This document shows positions 18,766 to 28,992 of a stretch of DNA of 64,000 nucleotides, in pieces (position 1 is the first letter of the stretch; each line of letters begins with the position of its first letter). Location of the stretch: positions 1 through 64,000 of IMG/VR virus record IMGVR_UViG_3300042294_002813; one strand, given 5' to 3'. Both the position numbers and the translations under genes were made by a program. This DNA comes from a virus. Below the pieces are notes generated by a model, which was not told the DNA's origin, ran no database searches, and worked only from the letters and a program-made list of their open reading frames with translations.

Positions 18766-19413
18766 TTAAAGTTTTGAAAGAAAGTTTTTGAATTGGCGTA
18801 GTGCGACATCTTCAAAATCTCGTCTACTTGCCTCATTCAAAGCTTTTTTTGCATGATCATAGTCAACTTCTTTCCATTGACCATTATCAATTACCCATTC
18901 CTTGCCTTCCATGATGCCTCTTACAAATGCATCTGGAGCTGATGGATCTGCAACAATGTCTGCTGCTGTAGCCAGATAAAAATCATCTTGTACCATATTC
19001 ACGCCGTTTCTGGCCTTTAGTGAACCTAATCCTCTAGAAGATACACCCAACTTGGCGCCTTCATCAATCAAATTCTTCACAATTTTTCCATAAGGAGTGT
19101 CTAGTATCTTAGCTTTACCCACATAATTCGTGCCTTCTTGTCTCAAATCCTTGATCATGTGTGATACGCGATCCAAATTGATCGTTGGAGTATCTGGATG
19201 ACCAAGTTCACCAAATGCACGATTTTGCATGATGTAATTAGAAGTATATCTTTGTACTTCTCTTTGTAGAATATCCATTGGATATACTCTACCATTTCTA
19301 TTTTGACGTTCAGCTTGTAGGAATACGCCCTCAATAAAATGTTCTTTTTGACCTGTTGTATTTTCTTCGGTCAGATAGCGTACTTCTTCTACAACTTCTT
19401 TTATAAGCTTCAT
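18766..19413 (-). CDS. gp21: Prohead protease
   Basis: NRNGRVYP, GELGHP, GVSSRGLGS, DIVADPSAPDA. Confidence 0.96.
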   Translation of the reverse strand: MKLIKEVVEEVRYLTEENTTGQKEHFIEGVFLQAERQNRNGRVYPMDILQREVQRYTSNYIMQNRAFGELGHPDTPTINLDRVSHMIKDLRQEGTNYVGKAKILDTPYGKIVKNLIDEGAKLGVSSRGLGSLKARNGVNMVQDDFYLATAADIVADPSAPDAFVRGIMEGKEWVIDNGQWKEVDYDHAKKALNEASRRDFEDVALRQFKNFLSKL

Positions 19414-19850
19414 CTTATACCTAAAGCCTTTCTTTTCATCATTGAACGTTTGCGCTTCTGTAGTGCGCGAAATAGTTTAGCACGACGCTTGACTTTTGCA
19501 CGACGAGCACCCATCTTTCTTGCTCTTTTTTCGGCTTGTGTCATACGAATAAGCTTTCCGCCGCGTATTGTCATGCCAGGAACAGCAGATCTTTTTACAC
19601 GACGTTGAACTTTTCCAGCACGAATTCGTGCCTTGATAATCTTGAAGCGACCATTGTTAATGACATTACCTTCGTTCATATTCTCAATTTGTTCTGCAAG
19701 TTCTGCAATATCATACTTTGCGGCAACAATCTTTTTTGCTTCTACCAATTTTTGCTTCAAAATTTCTACAAAAGATTCGGAAAGATTTTCGGAAGCTTCA
19801 TTTAGATTATCTGAAATTATTGAATCGACTAAATTTCTTGTTGATGACAT
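19410..19850 (-). CDS. Prohead core protein (gp67/gp68-like) with Arg/Lys-rich C-terminus
   Basis: Immediately upstream of gp21; helical acidic N-domain, MNEG site, then highly basic tail. Confidence 0.65.
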   Translation of the reverse strand: MSSTRNLVDSIISDNLNEASENLSESFVEILKQKLVEAKKIVAAKYDIAELAEQIENMNEGNVINNGRFKIIKARIRAGKVQRRVKRSAVPGMTIRGGKLIRMTQAEKRARKMGARRAKVKRRAKLFRALQKRKRSMMKRKALGIR

Positions 19851-19853
19851 TAA

Positions 19854-20324
19854 TTAGCTCCCAAATGATCCGTAGTCGCTTGAATATTTTCTAAAATCTG
19901 CGATGATCGTATATGAACAACCTGTAGAAGCAAAATTTATCGTTTGTAGACCAACATTCCCATTTGCTCCGGCACCAGTTGCATTGTTTGTAATAACAAT
20001 ACCATCGCCACCTTCTGCAAAGTCCATTTGTCCTCGACCTGACAATGTCAACATTGTTTGATTTGGTGTGCCAGTCCAATACAACTCAACATAACCATTT
20101 CCTGACGCTTGACCTGGAGCAACGTCATAAATCACTTTCTTTAGAGCTAAACGATAAATTGATTTGCGATCAGTTCCTGATCCAAGAAGCTGATTATTCG
20201 CATTTAATGAAAAATTCAATGCACCTGCATCAATTTTTACAACAGCTGCTTCAGCAGTATTGCCCGTCCATTTATAAACGACTCTTCTTTCAGAATCAAT
20301 TAGTTTTTGTGATGTATTTGCCAT
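19854..20324 (-). CDS. Putative virion structural protein
   Basis: 156 aa, Gly/Asn/Thr-rich beta-type protein inside the head gene block. Confidence 0.55.
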   Translation of the reverse strand: MANTSQKLIDSERRVVYKWTGNTAEAAVVKIDAGALNFSLNANNQLLGSGTDRKSIYRLALKKVIYDVAPGQASGNGYVELYWTGTPNQTMLTLSGRGQMDFAEGGDGIVITNNATGAGANGNVGLQTINFASTGCSYTIIADFRKYSSDYGSFGS

Positions 20325-20327
20325 TTC

Positions 20328-20819
20328 TTATAATCCTGTATGTGCGCCATGAGCAAAGGCGGCAACTTTTGCAAAACTATTTTTGTCTTTGTTTACCATT
20401 CTTTCAATTTTATATTTATTGGTCGTATTTACATTATTATAAAGATTAACGATTGCTTGTGCAGTCATAGCATCTACTTTCATTGACAAATTATCTTCAA
20501 AAGAGACATCTAAAGGTTCACCATTTTCTACTATTTGCATTAATACACCAATGTTACCTCTTGGTACCCATTCTTCATTGAATTGATTGAATTGGACGAT
20601 GTCTTTTTTACCAAAATTTGGTCCATGATATGGAATGCTTACATATTGATCAATCTTATCTGCATAGTATAGAGCAACTCTTTTCCCATCTGGAAAAACG
20701 CGAATAGCTTTGCGTTTTAAGATAATGATATTTGGAGGATCAATATAATGATCCTCTTTGATCAATGTCTTGTCTTCTTTAGTTATTGATTCGGAAAAAA
20801 AGCTTTTGATTGTCTTCAT
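20328..20819 (-). CDS. Putative internal head protein
   Basis: Starts MKTIKSFFSE, resembling the T4 capsid-targeting sequence MKTYQEFIAE; head block location. Confidence 0.55.
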   Translation of the reverse strand: MKTIKSFFSESITKEDKTLIKEDHYIDPPNIIILKRKAIRVFPDGKRVALYYADKIDQYVSIPYHGPNFGKKDIVQFNQFNEEWVPRGNIGVLMQIVENGEPLDVSFEDNLSMKVDAMTAQAIVNLYNNVNTTNKYKIERMVNKDKNSFAKVAAFAHGAHTGL

Positions 20820-20827
20820 TTTTATAT

Positions 20828-20986
20828 TTATTTTGCCTGAAAAAACTTTTTAGCTACATCAGATTTCATATTTTCTAGTGTAGATACTGCTTTTTTTGAA
20901 ATAATCCCAGATATATCTTCTTTTAAAGAAGCATATTTCTGATTATAGATGTCTTCAACAATTTCTTTTTTTACTTGATTGCTCAT
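20828..20986 (-). CDS. Small gp67-like prohead core protein (52 aa, below ORF-track cutoff)
   Basis: MSNQVKKEIVEDIYNQKYASLKEDISGIISKKAVSTLENMKSDVAKKFFQAK; paralogous to the N-termini of the two upstream genes. Confidence 0.75.
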   Translation of the reverse strand: MSNQVKKEIVEDIYNQKYASLKEDISGIISKKAVSTLENMKSDVAKKFFQAK

Positions 20987-20999
20987 TTGATTATCTCTC

Positions 21000-22103
21000 T
21001 TAGCTTGTAGGTGGTCTTGTAATTCTTCCCTTAGATTCTATAGGGGGTTGTGGTCCAGCACCACCTGAAAATGGATTTCCTAATGGCGCACTACCCACTC
21101 TTGATCTCCATTGACCTGTTGCTGCGTCACGATTAACAGTAGGTTGTGCGGGATTATAAGCAGGGTTGCTTGGACTTACATATCGACCAGTTGCTGGGTC
21201 TTTATACCATGAACGTTCTCTACGTTGAGTTCCTGTTTCACTTCTTGATGATTGTGAAGATGGTGCTTCTTGACTTCTTGGTGCAGGTAAAGCACGAGGT
21301 GGTGCAGGTAAAGCGAGAGGGGCTTTAGGTTTTGGTAGTGCAGCAAGTTCAGGTGGCGTTGATGTTTTGGATTTTGACATCAAACGCTTTAATAAAGAGG
21401 CACCTGCTGCCGAAGCCGCAGCTGTCAAGGCATCTGCTGCAGATGCTCCACTGGGTTGATTTTCACGCTCTTTTTGTTTAGCTCTATCAGCTTGTCTCCA
21501 CTGATTTACTCCAGAACCACCTTGTGGCTGAGAGGTGTCAGCTGCTCCAGGCACTGGTCTTGATGCCGATGCCGGCGCAGGTGCAGGTGCAGCTGGCGCA
21601 GGTGCAGGTGCAGGTGCTTGTCTAGGTGCTGGTCTAGAAGGAGCCGCAGGTCTTGGTGCAGGTGCTGGTGCAGGGGCTACTGGTGGTGTATATCCAGGCT
21701 CACTTGGGCCAGCAGAAGTAGAAGGTGCAGAAGGCATTATTAAAGCAGGAGCTTCTATTTGACTTGGTTGAGTTGGTTTTTTTTGTGAGGCAACATCTCG
21801 TGAAGGTGCTTTACCACTAAATTGATCTTTCGCATCTTTTAACCAATCACTAACAGAAGAATACTCTTGTCCTGTATGAGTTGATACAGTAGGTGCTGAT
21901 CTTCCTAGTCTTGCATAATCTAATGTTCGATCCCAAGACTTATCTTCAGAATCACCTTCGTTCAATGAGAAAAACTTTTTACCAGCATAAACCTTTTTAT
22001 GCTCTAAAATTGAAATTACTTTTTCAGAAATAACTTTAGATATATCTTCTTTAAGAGAAGCATAATTTTGATTATAGATGTTTTCTATTATTTCTTTTTT
22101 CAT
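21000..22103 (-). CDS. gp67-like N-domain fused to a Pro/Ala/Arg-rich disordered region
   Basis: N-terminus KKEIIENIYNQNYASLKEDIS..FFSLNEG; (AP)n repeats; two (R/K)DxATG motifs. Confidence 0.7.
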   Translation of the reverse strand: MKKEIIENIYNQNYASLKEDISKVISEKVISILEHKKVYAGKKFFSLNEGDSEDKSWDRTLDYARLGRSAPTVSTHTGQEYSSVSDWLKDAKDQFSGKAPSRDVASQKKPTQPSQIEAPALIMPSAPSTSAGPSEPGYTPPVAPAPAPAPRPAAPSRPAPRQAPAPAPAPAAPAPAPASASRPVPGAADTSQPQGGSGVNQWRQADRAKQKERENQPSGASAADALTAAASAAGASLLKRLMSKSKTSTPPELAALPKPKAPLALPAPPRALPAPRSQEAPSSQSSRSETGTQRRERSWYKDPATGRYVSPSNPAYNPAQPTVNRDAATGQWRSRVGSAPLGNPFSGGAGPQPPIESKGRITRPPTS

Positions 22104-22114
22104 TTCTAATAACC

Positions 22115-22750
22115 TTAAACATTTCTTCTTGATTGTAAGAATGAATCGACTGCACCCCTTTCAGCAGCAACACCAACATATGATCTGGTAATTGGTTCTC
22201 TGTCTGCTCTATCTGAAGAGCCATGCGATCCAGATGATCTTGAAACTGGCTGTGATGCATCTGCCGCATCTGGATGTGCTGATGGCATAGGAATTTGAGG
22301 CTGACTTGCTGCTGGAGCAGGTGTTGGTGTTTGTGATGCTGCTGGATTTGGTGATTGTCCGCCTGATGGTTGTTGTGCTGCAGCTGGTGCAGGTCTCTGT
22401 TGTCTACCAGTGCTATATGTTCTTTCTACATTGTCAGCAGCTCTCCATGGAAATGTTGTATCACCACGATCTACTGCGTCCGCGAAAGCAGAACGAAAAC
22501 TTTGTGCTGGATCAGATGGTCTTCTATAAACAGGATAATTTCCACCTCTTGTTTGCACAGAACCCACTGGATCATTAGGTCCTTCATTGACCATCTTTTT
22601 ATTGAATAAAGCTTTTGCAGCTTCAATCTTCATATTTTCCAATAAAGATGTAGCTTTTTGTGAGATTATTGTGGAAAAATCTTCTTTCAAAGAAACAAAT
22701 CGATTGCCGTAAATGTCCTCGACAATTTTTTTTGTAATTTCTTTGCTCAT
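22115..22750 (-). CDS. gp67-like N-domain fused to a Pro/Gln/Ala-rich region
   Basis: KKIVEDIYGNRFVSLKEDFS..KMVNEG; directly downstream of the portal gene, the gp67 position. Confidence 0.7.
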   Translation of the reverse strand: MSKEITKKIVEDIYGNRFVSLKEDFSTIISQKATSLLENMKIEAAKALFNKKMVNEGPNDPVGSVQTRGGNYPVYRRPSDPAQSFRSAFADAVDRGDTTFPWRAADNVERTYSTGRQQRPAPAAAQQPSGGQSPNPAASQTPTPAPAASQPQIPMPSAHPDAADASQPVSRSSGSHGSSDRADREPITRSYVGVAAERGAVDSFLQSRRNV

Positions 22751-24468
22751 AAAACTTCTCTTCGATTTTTTATTACTCTTAGTATATTATTTAGATTGGA
22801 TTTATCCTCAACTTTTAGCTGAGTTTTGACAGCATTATCCAATGCCGACTCTCCAGGATTGGTTGTATTTTGAAATGCAGTATTGACATCAACTTGTGGT
22901 GTAGTCCCATCTGGTTGAGGTGCCAACGGACTCGTTGGCTGCATTTGTTGATCCATTGCTTGTTGTTGTTCCATGGCCGCTTGTTGTTCAACAGCAATTT
23001 GTTGATCAATTTCTTGTATATCATCATCTGTTTGATTCAGAATGTTCTTACGAACCCATAAAGTAGAGAAATACTTACCAATATAAGGATCTGCAAATTG
23101 AAGTACCGTTATACGATTTTGAATCAATTCTGCTTTCTTTAGCTCTTCAAAATTATTGTCCGTTATAAAATCGTAATAGATATTTTCTTTGAAATAATCC
23201 CACTCTTCGACTGTGCAAATTCCCTTCAATGATAGTTGCACACGCAAAGCTTCATCAAACAAAGTTGAAAACTTGTTGCGAAGTCTAAACACGAACTTTG
23301 AGAACTTCAATTCGTCTCTTGTAATTTCAGACGCTCTACCAATAGAGAAACCTTGTTGCATTTCCAAACGAGAAATTGGAATGCCAAGAGACTTGTATAG
23401 CTTGCGTTCAAAGTACTTGACATCTTCCATTTCGCCAAGATTTTGACCACCTGGAAGAGTTTGAATTTCTGTACCTTTACCACCTTCACGGCGAGGTAGC
23501 CAAAAGTCTTCAAGCATTGATAGATGCTTGCGATCATCTCTGATTTCGCCTGTACTTGAGTCATACACAAGCTTGTTACGATACTTGACCATGATGTCGC
23601 GAAGATATTGTTCAGCCTTGACCTTAGGCAAGTTGCCTACGTCGATGTAGAACACGCGACGTTCTGGTGCGCGAGATAAACGATAAATGACAGTTGCGTC
23701 TTCGACCATACGTAACTGGTTTAGTGGCTTGATGGCCTTGTGCAAATATGATAGAACCATTGCACGACGAGAATCCATCAAACCAGAATTTACGTTGACG
23801 ATTGCATCTGGTGCAATTCTCATACCAAGATTTGAATGTGCGCCAATAATACCACGTTCATTATAGAGATAGTATTCGCGAGCCGTCTTGATGATATCGC
23901 CGCCTGTTGCAGGATCTTTCATTTTTTGAATTTCACGAACTTTACGAATACGTCTTGGATCAATGTATCTTAGTTCCTTGATACCATCTCTTGGTCTAGT
24001 TTCATCAATGACGACATGGTAGAACATTCTTCCGTCAATGTACCAACGACGAAATAGTTCTGAACCCATATTACCAAAGTTCAACATTCTAAGAATATTT
24101 TCAAATTCTTCGCGAATTCTCTTTTTTATAGTATCGGATACTTTTAGATCATCAATATTGATTGTTAGAGGTTCTTCGTGACCCTGCATGACGATTGCTT
24201 CATTGACGATGTCATCAATTGCAGTTTCAAGTTCTGGCTGCATTGCCATTTCACGATAGCGTGTGATGAGTTCGATTTCGTTACGAACAACACCTTCCAA
24301 ATCGACATAGGTGCCAAAATACGCCCCTGTCTGAAGCGTAACGGCACCGTCGTCATTTTGAGGAAGAGCAAAAGACTTTTCTGTTATGTTAGAAATGTCT
24401 TTTGGCTCTTCCTGTTTCTTGGTCTTTTCGTTTGTTATTTGAAACCCAAATAACTTCCAATTAGCCAT
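22747..24468 (-). CDS. gp20: Portal protein
   Basis: YRLSRAPERRVFYIDVGNLPK, MLEDFWLPRREGGKGTEI. Confidence 0.97.
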   Translation of the reverse strand: MANWKLFGFQITNEKTKKQEEPKDISNITEKSFALPQNDDGAVTLQTGAYFGTYVDLEGVVRNEIELITRYREMAMQPELETAIDDIVNEAIVMQGHEEPLTINIDDLKVSDTIKKRIREEFENILRMLNFGNMGSELFRRWYIDGRMFYHVVIDETRPRDGIKELRYIDPRRIRKVREIQKMKDPATGGDIIKTAREYYLYNERGIIGAHSNLGMRIAPDAIVNVNSGLMDSRRAMVLSYLHKAIKPLNQLRMVEDATVIYRLSRAPERRVFYIDVGNLPKVKAEQYLRDIMVKYRNKLVYDSSTGEIRDDRKHLSMLEDFWLPRREGGKGTEIQTLPGGQNLGEMEDVKYFERKLYKSLGIPISRLEMQQGFSIGRASEITRDELKFSKFVFRLRNKFSTLFDEALRVQLSLKGICTVEEWDYFKENIYYDFITDNNFEELKKAELIQNRITVLQFADPYIGKYFSTLWVRKNILNQTDDDIQEIDQQIAVEQQAAMEQQQAMDQQMQPTSPLAPQPDGTTPQVDVNTAFQNTTNPGESALDNAVKTQLKVEDKSNLNNILRVIKNRREVL

Positions 24469-24512
24469 TTACTTTTCCCTTCAAAAATATCATGATATAA
24501 GATGCAAAAAAA

Positions 24513-25064
24513 TTATGCTCTACCGTCAGTAGTATCTGACAACCAGTACTGATATTGGAATGTTACTGCGAATTCTTCAATTGTATCGTTTGCACCCCAA
24601 TCAAGATCGATTGGTGAAACGTCAATTGGGAACATTCCTACAAACTTGTATGTTTTGATAGGAAATCCAGTTTTTCCAAATTGTCTAACAGTTGCTTGTA
24701 CTGAATAGTTTCTTGAATTCACAAAAGTTGGTGATCTTCTATTTGATTCGTGCTGATTGATAGCACTTAGCCATCTTTCAAATGAGTTCTTGACTAGAAA
24801 ATCTTCATCATTGATTACCGTAACTGCCCAATCAGGAAACACTCTATTTCCTGCAAACTTTACTTCACGACCAAAGTATGGTACAACTACTGAACCAATT
24901 GATGATCCAGGTAGCTGCGCAGTTCTGCACATGAACGTGAATTCACGACTAAAACCAGCAGCTCCAAGAATACCAGCAGGAAGGGTCAAGCTTACATCGA
25001 ACAGATTTGGTCTTGCCCCATCATAATTCATTGCTGTGCGAAATTCTTGAATATTAAAAGGCAT
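24513..25064 (-). CDS. gp19: Tail tube protein
   Basis: GARPNLF, AQLPGS, GNRVFPDWAVTVINDEDF, IEEFAVTFQYQYW. Confidence 0.95.
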   Translation of the reverse strand: MPFNIQEFRTAMNYDGARPNLFDVSLTLPAGILGAAGFSREFTFMCRTAQLPGSSIGSVVVPYFGREVKFAGNRVFPDWAVTVINDEDFLVKNSFERWLSAINQHESNRRSPTFVNSRNYSVQATVRQFGKTGFPIKTYKFVGMFPIDVSPIDLDWGANDTIEEFAVTFQYQYWLSDTTDGRA

Positions 25065-25094
25065 CTAAAATACTCCCGTTTTATTTTCTATTTA

Positions 25095-26846
25095 TTAGAA
25101 TCTTCCAACTATTTCTTCAAATGCTACGCCAGTTCTAACAGCAACGAAGTTCAATTGAATGAAGTTGATTGATCGTGCAGGCTTGATGTAAATGTCACCA
25201 ATAAATTCATTACGATCAATAACTTCTGGAGTATTGTTTGTTTCGTCGCAAACAACTCTAAAATCATAAATTCCACGAAGACCTTGTACGTCTCTCAAGA
25301 ATGGTTCAACTAGAGAGACAAATTGTGAACGTGTAAATTCATCGTTGAATTCAAATAGAGAATACTTTGCTGCTGTAGCAATTGCTTTCTCAAGAACAAT
25401 GAATAGACGACGAACGTTAATGCGTTCAAATGCTGAAGGCTTAGTCAACATTGTCTTGTCACCAAACAATACCGTTCCTTCACCAGGGAACGCAACAACA
25501 GGATTTACGCCAATCTTATACAAATCATCACGATTTGTCTTGTTTGGATTCCAAGAAAGCTTTACGACATTTTTGATCTGACCGCGGTTTAATCCTGCTG
25601 GAGAGAACCAAGGATCATTTGTGGTGTCAGTACGAGCGCATAGTCCTGCAATATCTGCATTTAGAGGGATCCAACGATACACGTTGTTGTACTTGTCGAA
25701 CATGTACTTCCAACCGGAATCAAATACTGCATAAGAAGATGAACGAAAGATGTTTGTGTTCTTTTGTGTGGTAATTGCAGTTACTTCGCTACCCGGATTA
25801 TTGACCACATTAGCTGAAGATGGAGACAAGAATGCAACGCAGTCTTTTCTATATTCAGCGACATTGTCGATGATATATTGTGCTACGGTTCCGCTTGCAT
25901 CACCAGTAATCAACAATGAAACATCAACTGAATCGCCGTCTTTTAGTTTATCCCAAGAAACTTGCTTATTTGCATCAGTTGCTGAAGCATATACGCCACC
26001 AGATAGCGTTGTTCCATTTGCTACTCCAGATGACAATCCACCAACACCAACATATGTTACGCCGCTTGTTGCGACTGTTCCCCAATTTGTTGTGTTAGCA
26101 GGATGTGATAGCCAACGAATCCAGTTTGATTGAGAAGCCAGAACATCACCGTAGAAGTTTGGTGAACCGTCCCAGTTTTTAGCGTCAGATGCGACTGATA
26201 GATTTTTCCAAGTTTCTAGAACTGCACCAGCAGCATTTGTACCCGCTGGGGTTCCGCCCGTTGCGATTTGACCTGTTGCGTCAATGACAACAACGTGAAT
26301 TTCGTCGTTTGCTGCTCCTTTTGAAGCAGCATATTGTGATGTGCCGGGTGCAGCATCAAAGAATGAGTTATATGCCCAAGATGAGAATAGAGATGCATTT
26401 CCTGCTGGGCAGTATGCTACTTTGATTGAGTTTCCTAGGGCACCCGGATGTGTTGCGGCAACGCCAATGAAATTGGTATTACCCCAGCCACTATTTGCTG
26501 TAGTTGTTGCTCTGTATGTATTGAACCACTGATCGTTGTTTTCGATCAATACACCAGTTCCGTTTGCTGTAGCATTTTTTGAGCTAGAATTGATTGCGCG
26601 AACAACTTTCAAGTTGTTGCCATATGCCAAGAAGCTTGCAGCAGAAAAGAATGAAATAGCTGAATTATTTGTTGGCTTGCCAAAAATGTTGACAAGGGTG
26701 TTTTCACTATCAAGGGTTATGATCGTATTGGCAGGACCCCATTCGAAATCACCCACAAAACCGCCGTTTGTAGTAGAGACGGCAGGAATTATAGTAGTTA
26801 GGTCAATTTCAGTAGTAACTACGCCCGGACTCAATTGAAATGCCAT
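25095..26846 (-). CDS. gp18: Contractile tail sheath protein
   Basis: LSPGVVTTEIDLT, PWFSPAGLNRG, FERINVRRLF, YIKPARSINFI. Confidence 0.97.
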   Translation of the reverse strand: MAFQLSPGVVTTEIDLTTIIPAVSTTNGGFVGDFEWGPANTIITLDSENTLVNIFGKPTNNSAISFFSAASFLAYGNNLKVVRAINSSSKNATANGTGVLIENNDQWFNTYRATTTANSGWGNTNFIGVAATHPGALGNSIKVAYCPAGNASLFSSWAYNSFFDAAPGTSQYAASKGAANDEIHVVVIDATGQIATGGTPAGTNAAGAVLETWKNLSVASDAKNWDGSPNFYGDVLASQSNWIRWLSHPANTTNWGTVATSGVTYVGVGGLSSGVANGTTLSGGVYASATDANKQVSWDKLKDGDSVDVSLLITGDASGTVAQYIIDNVAEYRKDCVAFLSPSSANVVNNPGSEVTAITTQKNTNIFRSSSYAVFDSGWKYMFDKYNNVYRWIPLNADIAGLCARTDTTNDPWFSPAGLNRGQIKNVVKLSWNPNKTNRDDLYKIGVNPVVAFPGEGTVLFGDKTMLTKPSAFERINVRRLFIVLEKAIATAAKYSLFEFNDEFTRSQFVSLVEPFLRDVQGLRGIYDFRVVCDETNNTPEVIDRNEFIGDIYIKPARSINFIQLNFVAVRTGVAFEEIVGRF

Positions 26847-26891
26847 TGTTTACTCCTTTCAGAAGTAGAGATCTTTGATGCTTGTATCAAA

Positions 26892-26899
26892 TATTTATA
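26892..26899 (-). promoter_or_regulatory. T4-type late promoter
   Basis: TATAAATA upstream of gp18. Confidence 0.8.
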
Positions 26900-26912
26900 G
26901 AAATTGCAGTTT

Positions 26913-28586
26913 TCACCAGCGACCTCTCCAATCATAGTCATAACTATCTAATGGCGCTTTTAATCGTCTGTCCTCAACCCATAATCTTTCTTGTCTGTCA
27001 ATATTATCCATCAAATCTATGCGATCTAAACCATCATCTACCACACCAAAGGGGACAATGTCCTCTTGTGATATATTTAGTTGTTCTTTTTGAAGCACTG
27101 TGCGAATGTCTCCGCTTAAAGACTCTCTAAAGTTTCTTTGAGCTATAAACCAAGCAAAAAGCACTAGAGTCATAGCTAAATCGTCATGACTACCTTCTTC
27201 CGCAGCAAAAGATTCGCGAGTTGCAACAAAAGTCATCAATTCCATGATGGTATCTGAATCCATGATTAGCAACTTATCACTTTCAATCAATGTTTTCAAG
27301 TTTGAGCAACCAATTCTCTTTGTAGCCACAGATGTCTTGACACCAAACTGTATCTTTTTTGTGTGACCAAATGACATTTGTTGACCTTGTCGAGGCTTGA
27401 TTTGTATCTTGACAAGATTATCATATTCAAGTTCATGATGTATGATATCAGCTATTTGCTGACCAATATCATTGATTTCTACAAGCACATAGGCATTGTT
27501 ATAAGCAGTTCCGGCATTGAAAACTAAAGTTGGAAATAGTAGAGGAGATATCTCTTTATCCCTAAACTTTGCTACTTGTTTATAGGGAACAGTTGTAACA
27601 TCTATGACCGAAAAGGCAGAATAATCCAGACCTTGACCTCTAGCCACATCGACGGTAACGACATATGTATGATCTTTTTGCGGTTCTTCAATAATATCCA
27701 ATTTGCCATCTTGACGAACAGGATTGTTGAACACAAGCGTCTTGAGCTTTGCTCCAGATATCAATGTATGAGAAGAGCCGACAAATTCAGTTTCAAACTC
27801 GACCCTAAACTGATCAACTGATGTGTTTCTTATCGTTTCTTCTTTCCATCTTTCATCACGACCTGGAACTTCGGACCAATGAACTTCAATCGGCACATAA
27901 TTGCTTCTCTTATTTGTAGCATCTGACCACATACGATAGAAGTGATTCAATCCGTTAGGTGTAGAAACTACAAGAACCTGAGATGTTTTACCAGAAGAAA
28001 TCGTAGGATACACAGAATTGAAGAATTGATCGGCTTGATTGTTTGGAACGAATGCGTATTCGTCAAGGAATAGAATGTTATATGATCCACCACGAACTGC
28101 GCTTGATGATGTTGCAGCAGCTAGAACTTTTGATCCGTTTTCTAGTTCAATGTTACCCTTGTTCCAGGTAACAATTCCTTGTTGCAACCAAATCGGCAGA
28201 TTTTCATATGCAAGCTGTAGACGACTCAATAGTTCGCGAGCAGTTGATCCTTTATTTGCAAGCATTGCAACACTTGTGTTATCACGAAATAGAATCTGAT
28301 GTAAAAGATATGCGATAATCGTTGTAGATTTACCAACCTGACGTGGCATTTTACAAACGACGAAACGATTTTTGTGAAATGTTTCAAGCATGTGTTTTTG
28401 GAATTTCCACATCTTGAAAGGAACAAGACCTTCATCGACGTTGACAATCTTGATATAGTTCAATGCAAAGTAAACAGGATCTTCGGAACATCTCACATAT
28501 TCCTTGACTTGATCTTCAGTCCACTCAATCTTGACGCCTGCGCGCTTAAGATTCGGATTGGACATATATGCAATAGTATCAGCCAT
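26913..28586 (-). CDS. gp17: Terminase large subunit
   Basis: PRQVGKST, FLDEYAF, STPNG, VDVARG.G.DYS, HDDLAM. Confidence 0.97.
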   Translation of the reverse strand: MADTIAYMSNPNLKRAGVKIEWTEDQVKEYVRCSEDPVYFALNYIKIVNVDEGLVPFKMWKFQKHMLETFHKNRFVVCKMPRQVGKSTTIIAYLLHQILFRDNTSVAMLANKGSTARELLSRLQLAYENLPIWLQQGIVTWNKGNIELENGSKVLAAATSSSAVRGGSYNILFLDEYAFVPNNQADQFFNSVYPTISSGKTSQVLVVSTPNGLNHFYRMWSDATNKRSNYVPIEVHWSEVPGRDERWKEETIRNTSVDQFRVEFETEFVGSSHTLISGAKLKTLVFNNPVRQDGKLDIIEEPQKDHTYVVTVDVARGQGLDYSAFSVIDVTTVPYKQVAKFRDKEISPLLFPTLVFNAGTAYNNAYVLVEINDIGQQIADIIHHELEYDNLVKIQIKPRQGQQMSFGHTKKIQFGVKTSVATKRIGCSNLKTLIESDKLLIMDSDTIMELMTFVATRESFAAEEGSHDDLAMTLVLFAWFIAQRNFRESLSGDIRTVLQKEQLNISQEDIVPFGVVDDGLDRIDLMDNIDRQERLWVEDRRLKAPLDSYDYDWRGRW

Positions 28587-28992
28587 CGGTCTGTTGTTCT
28601 TTGTTTTGTCTTAATAGTTTTTGAAGTTCTGCTGTTGATCCAACAAATACTGCATTTTGTACATTTACGCCGCTAGAAGACTTTGGTGTATCTTCATTCA
28701 ATTCTTTCATTTTCTTTTGTAGATCAATCAATTCTTTTGTTACTTCTGATATGTTCTTTATCATACCAGCAACAACTTCATATGCTCTTGGACTTTCGCT
28801 TTGTTTAGCGACAAAGAGCAATTCATCAAGTGCTTCTTCACCTTTTCGAACAAGATTACGAATTGTTTGACGACTTAAATCGTAATCTGTCTGCGTATCA
28901 TTTTGAGGTTCTGCTTGAACAGGAACTATTTCCTGTTTCTTTACTGGTTCGATATTCAATATCTCACTCAAGTTATCATCAATCTTGCTCAT
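28579..28992 (-). CDS. gp16: Terminase small subunit
   Basis: SESPRAYEV, AVFVGSTAELQKLL. Confidence 0.92.
   Translation of the reverse strand: MSKIDDNLSEILNIEPVKKQEIVPVQAEPQNDTQTDYDLSRQTIRNLVRKGEEALDELLFVAKQSESPRAYEVVAGMIKNISEVTKELIDLQKKMKELNEDTPKSSSGVNVQNAVFVGSTAELQKLLRQNKEQQTDG

Noticed and set aside
26913-28586. Intron or intein in terminase, portal, gp46 or uvsW
   Set aside because: All have normal lengths and continuous motifs; no intein terminal signatures seen
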